Made by a program: the position numbers and the translations under genes. 64,000 nt of DNA from an uncultured Gammaproteobacteria bacterium (GTDB lineage: Bacteria; Patescibacteriota; Microgenomatia; Woykebacterales; RBG-16-39-9b). Numbering within the stretch: the stretch's first letter is position 1; each line of letters opens with the position of its first letter. The stretch lies in contig CAYHXX010000001.1 in assembly GCA_964360785.1 (NCBI GenBank), positions 412,264 through 476,263 of the forward strand, given 5' to 3'. Below, in pieces: positions 47,652 through 57,013 of this stretch. The notes beneath the pieces are model-generated. The model was given only the letters and a program-made list of their open reading frames with translations. It made no database searches and was not told where the DNA came from.

Positions 47652-48086
47652 ATGTCCAAACATTGGTTCGGCGTAAACCGTTACTGGGGTTGGTATCCCA
47701 CTTCTTGGGAAGGCTATGTTGTCTTGGTAGGAATGGTAGTCTCAATTGTCTCAACCGTATATATAGTCGACATAAAATCTCATTCCCTTTCTGATACCCT
47801 CATCGGCATTTTTCCATTTGTAAGTCTGACCATTGCTTTTACCATGCTCGTAGCCAGCCTGATGGGCATCTCACCAAAATTTGGTAAGGCAAACAAACAC
47901 CAAAGTAACTACTCGCCGGATTTGCCAAATGCATATCTTTTTCTTGCACTACTTGTTATTCCAGCAATTGCTTATTACCTAATCTTTAAAGAGTATGTCG
48001 GAGCGGCAGTTTTGCTTGTCGTTTTTCTTTTACTGTTTTTTGTTTACAAAAATCTGAGTAAAGCATCATCAGCTCCTTATAGCTAG
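47652..48086 (+). CDS. Hypothetical membrane protein
   Basis: WF...YWGWYP.SWEG N-terminus, 4 TM. Confidence 0.7.
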   Translation: MSKHWFGVNRYWGWYPTSWEGYVVLVGMVVSIVSTVYIVDIKSHSLSDTLIGIFPFVSLTIAFTMLVASLMGISPKFGKANKHQSNYSPDLPNAYLFLALLVIPAIAYYLIFKEYVGAAVLLVVFLLLFFVYKNLSKASSAPYS

Positions 48087-48125
48087 GTTGACAGTCCCTA
48101 CAAACTAGCCTAAGATTTAGTTATT

Positions 48126-48590
48126 ATGGAAAATCAAATTGGCCCCAAGAAGTCTTTAATACCTCAGTTAGAAGATCTATTGGATCTTTATTTAGTAAAG
48201 AAAGCACCTTTTCAGCTCCCTCCTGGGGTAAAACAATTTATCGTCAACGTTGGTCCGTGGATTACTTTAGTTCTAATGATTTTATTGGCTCCAATAATTC
48301 TCGCGGCAATTGGTTTCTCGGCCTTCTTTCTGCCTGCAGCGGCAGTAACAAATGCAGGAATTGGAGTTTCCGTAATGATATCCTTGGTTGTGGCCATAGT
48401 CGAGCTTGGTTTCTACGCTTTGGCTTTACCAGGACTATTCAAGAAGTCAAAAACTGGCTGGAACTTTCTTTTTTATGCAACTCTGATTTCCGCAGTATAT
48501 AGCTTGGTGAGTATGGACATTTTGAGTCTGATAGTTGGAACCCTAATCAGTCTCTACATACTTTTCCAAATCAGATCTTACTACAAATAA
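48126..48590 (+). CDS. Hypothetical membrane protein
   Basis: KAPFQLP..K..IV...PW; ALPGLF..S..GW; LFQIRSYY. Confidence 0.75.
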   Translation: MENQIGPKKSLIPQLEDLLDLYLVKKAPFQLPPGVKQFIVNVGPWITLVLMILLAPIILAAIGFSAFFLPAAAVTNAGIGVSVMISLVVAIVELGFYALALPGLFKKSKTGWNFLFYATLISAVYSLVSMDILSLIVGTLISLYILFQIRSYYK

Positions 48591-48599
48591 GATCAGTTT

Positions 48600-48797
48600 A
48601 TGTCTGAATACAATCAGTTCGATAGCCCCTGGGTCCGGATCAAAAATCTTAGCCCACTGGTTTGGGGTATTGTACTGATCTTGATTGCTGGAGGCCTTGC
48701 ACTTATCCCGATAGGATTCTTCCGCACACTTGCTATACTCCCACTTCTTGTCGGTGGGCTTTTTCTTTACCAAGCAATTTACAGAAACAAATACTAG
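48600..48797 (+). CDS. Small 2-TM protein
   Basis: Hydrophobic 65-aa ORF in operon. Confidence 0.55.
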   Translation: MSEYNQFDSPWVRIKNLSPLVWGIVLILIAGGLALIPIGFFRTLAILPLLVGGLFLYQAIYRNKY

Positions 48798-48881
48798 CCT
48801 CTTGCTTGTTTACTCAAACTTAAAAATAGTTTAAGATGGCTTCGGCCTTCCTTTTGCCCTGGAGAGACGGAGGAGAAACAC

Positions 48882-49478
48882 TTGCGAAGTACTCTCGTCT
48901 TCGGCGCTGCGGTGCTTACGGTCTTCATAACCGTGACAACTGCCTCAACACCGAACCCAAGAGTGGCTGGCGAAGGGGACTCAGAGTCTCTCAATTCTCA
49001 GCTGCTAACTGAAAGTGGGACGAGGACACAACCTGATTGGTTAGCTGTTTCGCCAACAGCGACGCTGTTCAGCCCAACCCCGTTTGTTTCAAGTCCTACT
49101 GCCACAGCAGTGGTAATCCTGGCGACTCCAACTATTGCACCGATTCCTGCACCAGAGCACCTGGCAGCAACAGTTGAACCTGGCAGTCCCATCGGAACTT
49201 TCCGCATTTCGTTCTATACCTGTGCGGAAAACCCGAACTGCCAAGATGGTTGGCCAACCGATGCCACCATCGCTACGGACCCGGCGCGAATCCCGCGGGG
49301 AGCTTGCGTCGTTATCGAGGGGATAGGCCAAAAGATCGTTGATGATGCTGGCGGTGGAATCAAAGGAGATCGAATCGACGTGTTCTTGCCAGCGGAACCA
49401 GGCGAAAGCATGGAATCAGTACACCAACGAGCTCTTGTACTCGGAGTAGTCTACCGAGACGTCTTTAGGTGTACATAG
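48882..49478 (+). CDS. Secreted 3D-domain (MltA-like) cell-wall protein with Pro/Thr linker
   Basis: GGAGGAG SD and TTG start; IATDP..IP.G, DDAGGGIKG.RIDVF; about 55% GC. Confidence 0.8.
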   Translation: MRSTLVFGAAVLTVFITVTTASTPNPRVAGEGDSESLNSQLLTESGTRTQPDWLAVSPTATLFSPTPFVSSPTATAVVILATPTIAPIPAPEHLAATVEPGSPIGTFRISFYTCAENPNCQDGWPTDATIATDPARIPRGACVVIEGIGQKIVDDAGGGIKGDRIDVFLPAEPGESMESVHQRALVLGVVYRDVFRCT

Positions 49479-49506
49479 TCTAATCAAGAACTCTCTGGGG
49501 CACCTT

Positions 49507-49562
49507 GGGGATCGGACTGTGGTTAACAACTGCTTTTCGATCCCCTTCTTTTTTTCTTTTTT
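49507..49562 (+). terminator. Intrinsic terminator
   Basis: GGGGATCGGA...TTCGATCCCC followed by long T tract. Confidence 0.7.
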
Positions 49563-49585
49563 ATGGAGATTTGAAGCGCAAAGTA

Positions 49586-50029
49586 TTATCGTTTTGGAGA
49601 TTGTTTGCGGGCTCGGGCTTTGCCGGCAAGACCGTACTTGCGACGTTCTTTAACCCGACTATCACGTGTCAGAAGTTTTCTTTTTGCCAAAGGAGAACGG
49701 AAAGTTTCATCAAACTCTAAGAGTGCTCGGGAGATACCATGAACCACTGCTGCCGCTTGTGAAGCTACTCCCCCACCAACAACTTTTATAGTTCCAGAAA
49801 TTTGACCGATTCGGTTAACAACTCGAAAAGGCTCTTCCAAATATTTTCTGTCCGTCATATACGCAAAATACTCTTCCATAGGTTTATCGTTTACAAGAAT
49901 TGGGCCTTTTTCTAGTTTCAACCACACTCTTGCAACGGACTGCTTTCGGCGACCTACTCCACGATAGGTTGGACTGGTTTTTGCGGTTTTCTTTACTTTA
50001 GGTTCTTCTTTTTCGACTTCTGCTTTCAT
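49586..50029 (-). CDS. rpsI: 30S ribosomal protein S9
   Basis: GRRK.SVARV, TRD.RVKERRKYG..KAR...Q..KR. Confidence 0.96.
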   Translation of the reverse strand: MKAEVEKEEPKVKKTAKTSPTYRGVGRRKQSVARVWLKLEKGPILVNDKPMEEYFAYMTDRKYLEEPFRVVNRIGQISGTIKVVGGGVASQAAAVVHGISRALLEFDETFRSPLAKRKLLTRDSRVKERRKYGLAGKARARKQSPKR

Positions 50030-50031
50030 AT

Positions 50032-50538
50032 TTAAATCTTTATCTCTTCTAATTTCTGAGCTTCATGTGGGTGAACTTCTCCCGGATAAACATAAAGCTT
50101 CTTAATAATCTGTTTTCCCAACTTTGTTTTCGGCAGCATTCCTGAGACTGAATGCCGAATAATTTCCTCTGGTTTTTCTACTCTCAATGTTTTCAGAGAC
50201 CTTACTTTCAAACCTCCAGGATAACCTGAATAGCGGTAATAGTTCTTCTGGTCTTCTTTTCTGCCGGTTGAAGAAACTTTGGCTGCGTTTATCACTACTA
50301 CGTAATCCCCACTATCCTTATAAGGAAGAAACTCGACTTTACTCTTGCCCAAAAGCATAGTAGCGATCTTGGTAGACATCCGTCCAATTATCTTTCCTCT
50401 CGCATCAATCAAAAACCATTTCTTCGCTGGTTCTGTCTTTGGCGCTTTTGCCTTTGCCTTTTCTTTAGTTTCTTTGTTTTGCCCCTTCATTTTGGTTTCC
50501 GAAAGAGCACTCTTTGGAGTTTTACTTTGCTTTTGCAT
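50032..50538 (-). CDS. rplM: 50S ribosomal protein L13 (start uncertain)
   Basis: WFLIDA, GDYVVVINA, YSGYPGG, GMLPK. Confidence 0.95.
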   Translation of the reverse strand: MQKQSKTPKSALSETKMKGQNKETKEKAKAKAPKTEPAKKWFLIDARGKIIGRMSTKIATMLLGKSKVEFLPYKDSGDYVVVINAAKVSSTGRKEDQKNYYRYSGYPGGLKVRSLKTLRVEKPEEIIRHSVSGMLPKTKLGKQIIKKLYVYPGEVHPHEAQKLEEIKI

Positions 50539-51049
50539 CTTTGTCCTTCGGAGTTTTGTTATTTAAAACCTTCTTTACCCTTTTCTTAGTTTCTATTTTT
50601 GTAACTTTTGCGTCTGTTTCTTTCTTGGGAGGTTTTTCCTCAGTTGTTTTCTCTTCTTCGGAAGCTTTGACTTTTGCGAGAGCGATGCTACTGAAATCCT
50701 CAACAAACATCAAACTTACCATCTTGGCCTGATCCCCTAGCCGTGATCCAATTCTAACAATACGGAGATAACCACCAGACCTATCTTTGAATTTTGGACC
50801 AACAACTTCAAGCAATTTTCTGACGACGTTTTCTGAACCAATCTCTTTTAAAAGCAATCTTCGACTGTGAAGTGAATCGCTTTTGGCTCGAGTAACTAGC
50901 TTTTCAATCATCGGTTTGACTGCCTTTGCCTTTGCTTCAGTAGTCGTAATCTTTTCATGCAGGATCAAAGAGGAAGCGAGTCCTTTGAATAAGGCGGTGC
51001 GCTGGTTCTTTGTTCGTCCGAGTTTTTTTCCTGCAATTCTGTGCAACAT
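50522..51049 (-). CDS. rplQ: 50S ribosomal protein L17 with Lys/Glu-rich tail
   Basis: KKLGR..R, ITTTEAKAK, R.GGY.RI. Confidence 0.95.
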   Translation of the reverse strand: MLHRIAGKKLGRTKNQRTALFKGLASSLILHEKITTTEAKAKAVKPMIEKLVTRAKSDSLHSRRLLLKEIGSENVVRKLLEVVGPKFKDRSGGYLRIVRIGSRLGDQAKMVSLMFVEDFSSIALAKVKASEEEKTTEEKPPKKETDAKVTKIETKKRVKKVLNNKTPKDKDAKAK

Positions 51050-51957
51050 TATTCCTTCAAAAGTCCTTTCTCACGAAGTTTCTCTTCTATATCTGAGAGT
51101 GACTTTGCTCCCATATTTTTAAGTTTTACTAAGTCTTCTTTTGGTGCGTTGAGCAAATCATCAATTGTTTCAATTCCAGAATTTTTCAAGGAATTTGTGA
51201 TTCTTGTGGCGAGCTCAAGTTCTTCGATTGTTGCCGCTTTATCAATCTTTGGCTTGGCTTCACTTTCTTCTTTTTCTTTCTTGGGAGCCTTCTTTTGCTC
51301 AACTAGAACGTTGAAGTAGTCTGTGAGAATCTTTGATGCTTGTTTGATAGATTCTGCAGGCGTGACCGTACCATCGGTAACTATGTCAAAGACCAACTTG
51401 TCAAAGTTGGTTATTTGTCCAACACGAGTAGCTTCAACACGATAGTTTACCTTAACTACTGGTGTAAAGTTAGCATCCAAAGGAATGGTGCCAATACCAA
51501 GACCACGTCTACCCTCAACACTTGTGTAACCAACACCTTTTTCAGCCGCCATCTCGACTTCAAGTTTTGACTTGTTATCAGAAAGCGAAGCGATCAACTG
51601 GTCAGGGTTTGTAACTTTGACTCCTGCCGGTACCTTTATATCTGAAGCCTTAACTTCTTTTGGCCCTTTTTCATCAATACTAAGTTTGATCTCTTTGTCT
51701 GTGTCGACTTGCAATCGAACTTTTTTCAAATTCAAAAGAATTTGGACGACGTCTTCTTTTACACCCTTGATTGTGGAGTACTCATGGGCTGCACCAGCAA
51801 TCTTGGCTTGGGTAATAGCAGCACCTTCCAAGGAAGATAGAAGAACTCTTCGCAAGGCGTTGCCAAGAGTCATACCAAAACCCTGTGGAAGCGGCTCGAT
51901 AATAATTGAGCCTTCTGAGTTGCCACCGCTGTGGCTAATTTTAACCTGATCTACCAT
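51049..51957 (-). CDS. rpoA: RNA polymerase subunit alpha
   Basis: EPL..GFG.TLGNALRR.LLSS, alpha-CTD N.G.KSL. Confidence 0.97.
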   Translation of the reverse strand: MVDQVKISHSGGNSEGSIIIEPLPQGFGMTLGNALRRVLLSSLEGAAITQAKIAGAAHEYSTIKGVKEDVVQILLNLKKVRLQVDTDKEIKLSIDEKGPKEVKASDIKVPAGVKVTNPDQLIASLSDNKSKLEVEMAAEKGVGYTSVEGRRGLGIGTIPLDANFTPVVKVNYRVEATRVGQITNFDKLVFDIVTDGTVTPAESIKQASKILTDYFNVLVEQKKAPKKEKEESEAKPKIDKAATIEELELATRITNSLKNSGIETIDDLLNAPKEDLVKLKNMGAKSLSDIEEKLREKGLLKE

Positions 51958-52068
51958 TTTAATTTATTCCTCCTAGCCCAATCTAAAGTAGGCTATTTAT
52001 TAATTACTTTCTTTATTCTAAACAAGCTCTGCAGCCTAACGGCTGTAGAACTCTGCAAGCTCTGCTCG

Positions 52069-52692
52069 CTATCGCGAGTAGAACTCGACAATTGCTTGCT
52101 CGTTAATTTCTGAAGCTATTTCTTCTCGCTCTGGCAAACGTGCAAGCTTACCTACCAGTGCTTTTCTTTCCACCCATTCTGGAAGTTTGATATCTTCTGA
52201 ACTAGCTTCTTTTACAAAAATAAAATTGTTGGCTTTACTATTTAAGCTTATCACGTCACCGACTTTGACTGAATATGAAGGTATATTTACCTTCTTTGCG
52301 TTTACCAGAACATGACCATGGGAAGTAAGTTGTCTTGCCTGAGCTCTAGAATAGGTCAAACCCAAACGGTAAACAATATTATCAAGTCTGCTCTCTAAAA
52401 GCTGCAACAAAGTTTCTCCAGTTGCACCTTTTTGTTTAGCTGCTTTTTGATAGTAACGACGAAACTGCTTCTCCAAAACTCCATAGATTCTTTTTACCTT
52501 CTGCTTTTCCCGAAGTTGGAATCCATAATCTGATACCTTTTTCCCAGCAATCTTTTGACCGTGTTGTCCTGGAGGAACCGCCCCTTTTTTGTTTAACGGG
52601 TGTTTTTGGGAAGCGCTGCGCTTACCCTTTAGCATCAAGTTTGTGCCTTCACGTCGGTCCAACCTAAATTTTGGTCCCGTATATCTTGCCAT
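52069..52692 (-). CDS. rpsD: 30S ribosomal protein S4
   Basis: MARYTGP, QLREKQK, LESRLDN, IVEFYSR. Confidence 0.97.
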   Translation of the reverse strand: MARYTGPKFRLDRREGTNLMLKGKRSASQKHPLNKKGAVPPGQHGQKIAGKKVSDYGFQLREKQKVKRIYGVLEKQFRRYYQKAAKQKGATGETLLQLLESRLDNIVYRLGLTYSRAQARQLTSHGHVLVNAKKVNIPSYSVKVGDVISLNSKANNFIFVKEASSEDIKLPEWVERKALVGKLARLPEREEIASEINEQAIVEFYSR

Positions 52693-53069
52693 TAAGCTCT
52701 CCTTCGCTTTCTTGGTCTCGGACCGTTGTGGGGAATTGGCGTTACATCGGCAATTGCCCTAATAGAGAGACCAGTGTTCTTCAAAGCTCTGATTGAAGCA
52801 TCCCGACCAGATCCCGGACCTTTTATATAAACCTCTACTTCTCGTAAACCCCTTTCCATAAGTCTTCTAGCCAAACCCTCTACTGCTGTTGTCGCTGCAT
52901 AAGGAGTGGATTTCCTGGCCCCTTTGAAACCAACTGCACCGGAACTACTCCAACCCAAAGTGTTACCTTTGGAGTCTGTAATAGTAACTAAGGTGTTGTT
53001 GAAAGTTGCACTTACGTACACTTTTCCGGTTGTTACTTCTTTTGCAGTTGTTTGTTTTTTATTTTGCAT
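52692..53069 (-). CDS. rpsK: 30S ribosomal protein S11
   Basis: [23 protein letters not shown]. Confidence 0.97.
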   Translation of the reverse strand: MQNKKQTTAKEVTTGKVYVSATFNNTLVTITDSKGNTLGWSSSGAVGFKGARKSTPYAATTAVEGLARRLMERGLREVEVYIKGPGSGRDASIRALKNTGLSIRAIADVTPIPHNGPRPRKRRRA

Positions 53070-53071
53070 TT

Positions 53072-53494
53072 TTATTTACTTGCGGCAGCTTGATCTTTTT
53101 GCGCAGCCACTTCCATTTTTTGAGCCACTTCTTTCTTAATAGCACCGACGGTCATTCTCTTACCACGTTTTGTACGTGCGTTACTTCTAGTTCTTTGTCC
53201 TCGAGCTGGCAGGTTCTTGCGATGACGTAATCCACGATAAGTTCCAATCTCTTCCAAACGTCGGATGTTTTGTTGAACTACTCTACGAAGATCTCCTTCA
53301 ATTATTAGATCGTCAGCAGCTTTCTGAAGCTTTGAAACTTCCGCTTCAGTCAAATCCTTGACTCTTTTATCAGGATCTACTTTTGTCTCAGTAAGTAGTT
53401 TTTCTGACAAAGTCCTACCAATCCCGTAAACATAGGGGAGAGCAAAAAGTATTTTCTTGTTTGCCGGTAGTTCAATTCCAGATATTCTAGCCAT
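53072..53494 (-). CDS. rpsM: 30S ribosomal protein S13
   Basis: MARISG, YGIG, YRGLRH, RGQRT.SNART. Confidence 0.97.
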   Translation of the reverse strand: MARISGIELPANKKILFALPYVYGIGRTLSEKLLTETKVDPDKRVKDLTEAEVSKLQKAADDLIIEGDLRRVVQQNIRRLEEIGTYRGLRHRKNLPARGQRTRSNARTKRGKRMTVGAIKKEVAQKMEVAAQKDQAAASK

Positions 53495-53512
53495 AATTGT
53501 TTCTTAACAAAT

Positions 53513-53566
53513 ATATCGTGCGCATATTGATTTCATAATTTTTCAAAATTTCCTTTAGCACGCTAT
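53513..53566 (-). repeat. Intergenic stem-loop motif, copy 2
   Basis: ATAGCGTGC...GCACGATAT arms. Confidence 0.75.
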
Positions 53567-53572
53567 TTTTTT

Positions 53573-53686
53573 TTAACCTTGCCTTTGCTTGTGGCGAGGG
53601 TTCTCACAAATCACGTAAAGAACACCTCGTCTTTTGACGACTTTACATTTCATGCAACGTCTCTTGATTGATGCTTGTACTTTCAT
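53573..53686 (-). CDS. rpmJ: 50S ribosomal protein L36
   Basis: Hand translation [37 protein letters not shown]; not in ORF track. Confidence 0.96.
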   Translation of the reverse strand: MKVQASIKRRCMKCKVVKRRGVLYVICENPRHKQRQG

Positions 53687-53713
53687 AAATTCCTATTTAT
53701 ACGCTTCGTAAAA

Positions 53714-53950
53714 TTACCTTTCTCTGTAAACAATTCTACCTTTGGTCAGGTCATAGGGACTAATTTCTAGCTTTACTTTGTCTCCTGGCAATATTCGGAT
53801 GTAATTCATCCGCAGCTTGCCTGCCAAGTGACAAAGAATAGTACTGCCGGCTAAACCTTCCGGAGCAGCCTTATCAATTTCTACCCGAAATTGGGTGTTT
53901 GGCAGATTTTCCAAAACTTTTCCATTTACTTCAATGTTATCTTCTGGCAT
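53714..53950 (-). CDS. infA: Translation initiation factor IF-1
   Basis: [34 protein letters not shown]. Confidence 0.96.
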   Translation of the reverse strand: MPEDNIEVNGKVLENLPNTQFRVEIDKAAPEGLAGSTILCHLAGKLRMNYIRILPGDKVKLEISPYDLTKGRIVYRER

Positions 53951-54004
53951 TTCTATCTTTTTATATCAAAATATATCAACGTCAACGGCCGTAATTTTAA
54001 CAAA

Positions 54005-54754
54005 TTACTGCTCAGACGTCAACACTACAGGCCCTTTTTTTGTTATGGCGATTGTTCTTTCGAAAAGCCCTGCTAGACTACCATCTTTGGAGGCAATTGT
54101 CCAGCCGTCATCAAGTAGCATTATGCCTGGTTTTCCTAGGTTGTAAATGATTTCAACTGCAATCACCATACCCTCTTGCAGCAATTCCCCGGCACCTTTT
54201 TTACCTTTACCTGGGATCATTGGTTCTTCGTGAAGTACTTTCCCAACCCCATGACCAACAAGCTCTTTCACAACTGAATAGCCCCCACCCTCGACAATTG
54301 ACTGGATTTTGTTGCTTATGTCCCCAACTCTATTTCCGGGTTTTGCTTGTTTAATAGCTTCCCAAAGTGCTTTCTTGCCTGTCTCAAGAAATTTTCTGGT
54401 TTCTTTTGAAACAGTGCCGATGATAAATGTCTCGGCCATGTCTGAATTATAATCTTTGTAAAGTGCTCCGAGATCTATCCCAACTATATCGCCATCTTTC
54501 AACCGATAACCATCGGGTATCCCGTGTACAACTGCGTCGTTTGGAGTAGTGCAGATACTGTACTTATATTTCTCTACTTTTTTGAAAGCGCTATCTGCTC
54601 CGTGTTCTTTAAAGACTTTCTCAACTATTCTGTCTATCTCAAGAGTGCTAATACCAGGTTTGAGGTGTTTTTCTACCTCTTTCATGGCCAAGGCACTAAT
54701 TCTACCCGCCTCACGCATTATTTGAATTTCCTTTTCAGTTTTTAAGTAGCTCAT
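54005..54754 (-). CDS. map: Methionine aminopeptidase type I
   Basis: VVHGIP, DLG..D, GHGVG..LHEEP; start set at MSYLKT. Confidence 0.95.
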   Translation of the reverse strand: MSYLKTEKEIQIMREAGRISALAMKEVEKHLKPGISTLEIDRIVEKVFKEHGADSAFKKVEKYKYSICTTPNDAVVHGIPDGYRLKDGDIVGIDLGALYKDYNSDMAETFIIGTVSKETRKFLETGKKALWEAIKQAKPGNRVGDISNKIQSIVEGGGYSVVKELVGHGVGKVLHEEPMIPGKGKKGAGELLQEGMVIAVEIIYNLGKPGIMLLDDGWTIASKDGSLAGLFERTIAITKKGPVVLTSEQ

Positions 54755-55268
54755 CAATGTTCTTTCTAACCTCATCTTCAGTTGGAGAATTGTCTATATC
54801 GACTATCCTTATACCATTGGATTTGTAATAATCAATCAAAGGTACTGTATTCTCCTTATGCCACTCAATACGGTTTTTTATCGCCTGCTCAGAATCATCG
54901 TGTCTCCCACGATTCAAGAGTCTCTTTAACGCTTCGTCTTCATTCAGACTCACTATTATTACTAGATCAACCTTGTGACGAAATAGTTTTTCTTGTGTTA
55001 AGTTTCGCGGTGCTCCGTCTAAAACAAAACCTTCAGCCATGTCTTTCTCATTCAAACGCTCATTTATTATCTTCATTGTTTGCTCATCGGAGACAAACCT
55101 GCCTTGATCAATTAACGATTTGACTAGTCTACCTGTTTCTGAGTCTTCCTCGCGCAATTTCCGAAAAATGTCGCCGGTAGAAACAAAGGGCACACCAAAT
55201 TTGTCGGCAATATACTTTCCGATTGTACTTTTACCTGAGCCTTGAATTCCAAAAAGAAGAGTTTTCAT
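54735..55268 (-). CDS. adk: Adenylate kinase (short LID)
   Basis: GIQGSGKST, STGDIFR, LDGAPR, RGRHDD. Confidence 0.93.
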   Translation of the reverse strand: MKTLLFGIQGSGKSTIGKYIADKFGVPFVSTGDIFRKLREEDSETGRLVKSLIDQGRFVSDEQTMKIINERLNEKDMAEGFVLDGAPRNLTQEKLFRHKVDLVIIVSLNEDEALKRLLNRGRHDDSEQAIKNRIEWHKENTVPLIDYYKSNGIRIVDIDNSPTEDEVRKNIDELLKN

Positions 55269-55269
55269 C

Positions 55270-56553
55270 TTACTTGTTCAAGAACCCTTCGTAGGAACGC
55301 ATTATTAACTGAGACTCAAGCTGTTTAGTTGTTTCCAAAACTACAGAAACTACAATCAAAAGCCCAGTTCCTCCGAAAGCTACAGCACTGATCTTTGTAA
55401 TTTCCTGCAACATAAACGGCATAATAGCGATCAGCCCTAGAAACACGGCTCCTACCAAAGTTATCCTGTTTGATATAAAGGCTAGGTAGTCACCCGTCGC
55501 TTTTCCAGGCCTAATTCCAGGTATGAAACCACCGTATTTCTTGATTTCGTCAGAGACCTTGGTTGGGTTGAACACAATCGACGTGTAAAAGTAAGTAAAG
55601 ACCACAACCATTGTGAAGTAAACCGCGCTGTACAGTGGTACGTTTTGAGAAAAAGTGGAACTCCATTCTCCAATTTGTTTCAGAATTTGGTTTTGGGCAC
55701 CAGAGAGCAATTGCCCAAGAATCCCTGGTAACAGAATCAACGAAACCGCAAAGATTATTGGGATAACTCCTGCTTGATTAACACGGATAGGAAGAAAGGT
55801 TGTCTGGCCACCATAAAGCTTATTACCACGTACTCTTTTGGCATATTGAACCAAAATTTTTCGCTGCCCTTCAGTTCCAACAACTACTCCCATGATAATA
55901 GCTATACCAACCACCAACAAAGCCGCAATTGTGAGAGCGTTGTCAGCAGTTACAATAGATCCTGCCTGCCCTAAATACACTGGCAGTCTTGAGACTATTC
56001 CAACGAAAATTATTACGGATATTCCATTTCCGATACCTTGTTCTGTGATCAACTCTCCCAACCACATCAATAGCATAGTTCCTGCTGTCATAGTTGCCAT
56101 CACTGCTAGTGTTTCAAGCAGATTGAGGTTACCAACAACACCAGTACCACCTTGCTTCAGAAAGATCAAAACTGCGTAAGATTGTACAAAAGCTAAGGGA
56201 ACAGTAATGTAGCGTGTAAATTGGTTTATCTTCTGCCTGCCGTATTCGCCTTCTTTTTGCAGCTCTTCAACTTTTGGGATGATTATTCCTAACAATTGCA
56301 TAATGATCGAAGCGTTGATATATGGATTTAGACCCAATGCGATTAAGGAGAAATTAAGCAAAGTACCACCAGTAAACAAATCAAGTAGTTGGAGAAGTTG
56401 GCTGGTTGAAAAAAGGTTTGCGAGTGCATCTGGATCTACACCGGGCATCGGGATATGGGAAAGTAATCGGTATACAAAAATTACTCCTAAAGTAAAAAGT
56501 ATTTTCTTTCGCAAATCAGGAGTTCGCAGTATATCCTGAAGTGTCTTAAACAT
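55270..56553 (-). CDS. secY: Preprotein translocase SecY
   Basis: LG.NPYI.ASII, GIGNGIS, IPGIRPG, GGTGLLIVV. Confidence 0.97.
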   Translation of the reverse strand: MFKTLQDILRTPDLRKKILFTLGVIFVYRLLSHIPMPGVDPDALANLFSTSQLLQLLDLFTGGTLLNFSLIALGLNPYINASIIMQLLGIIIPKVEELQKEGEYGRQKINQFTRYITVPLAFVQSYAVLIFLKQGGTGVVGNLNLLETLAVMATMTAGTMLLMWLGELITEQGIGNGISVIIFVGIVSRLPVYLGQAGSIVTADNALTIAALLVVGIAIIMGVVVGTEGQRKILVQYAKRVRGNKLYGGQTTFLPIRVNQAGVIPIIFAVSLILLPGILGQLLSGAQNQILKQIGEWSSTFSQNVPLYSAVYFTMVVVFTYFYTSIVFNPTKVSDEIKKYGGFIPGIRPGKATGDYLAFISNRITLVGAVFLGLIAIMPFMLQEITKISAVAFGGTGLLIVVSVVLETTKQLESQLIMRSYEGFLNK

Positions 56554-57013
56554 TTTGTTCTTCTTTCTGTTTCTCTTTAACTACGCTACCTTTTGCTTTT
56601 TCAATTGCCTTCTGGGCTGATTCTGAAACTGCAACTTTGACGGTTAGAGCCTTTGTTAGCTCACCACCCCCGACTACCTTGACCTGAGCTGCTTTATCGG
56701 TTTTCTTTAGAAGACCTTTCTTTATCAGACTTTCTTTATCTACTGTTTCACCGTTATCAAACTTTTCAAGCATTGAAAGGGTAACTGTCAAAATATTCTT
56801 TGCCAAGTTGTTTCCAACACCCCGACGGAAAGGCAATCTCTTAATCAAGGGTAATTGCCCACCTTCAAAACCTATCCTTACTTTGCCACTACCGCGAGCT
56901 TTCTGGCCTTTGTTACCCTTTCCAGAGGTCTTACCTTTTCCAGAAGATTCCCCACGCCCAACTCTTTTGGCTTCTCTTAAATTTTTTGCTTTGGCTAGTT
57001 TACTCAATTGCAT
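56546..57013 (-). CDS. rplO: 50S ribosomal protein L15
   Basis: RVGRG.SSGKGKT, FEGGQLPL. Confidence 0.95.
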   Translation of the reverse strand: MQLSKLAKAKNLREAKRVGRGESSGKGKTSGKGNKGQKARGSGKVRIGFEGGQLPLIKRLPFRRGVGNNLAKNILTVTLSMLEKFDNGETVDKESLIKKGLLKKTDKAAQVKVVGGGELTKALTVKVAVSESAQKAIEKAKGSVVKEKQKEEQNV

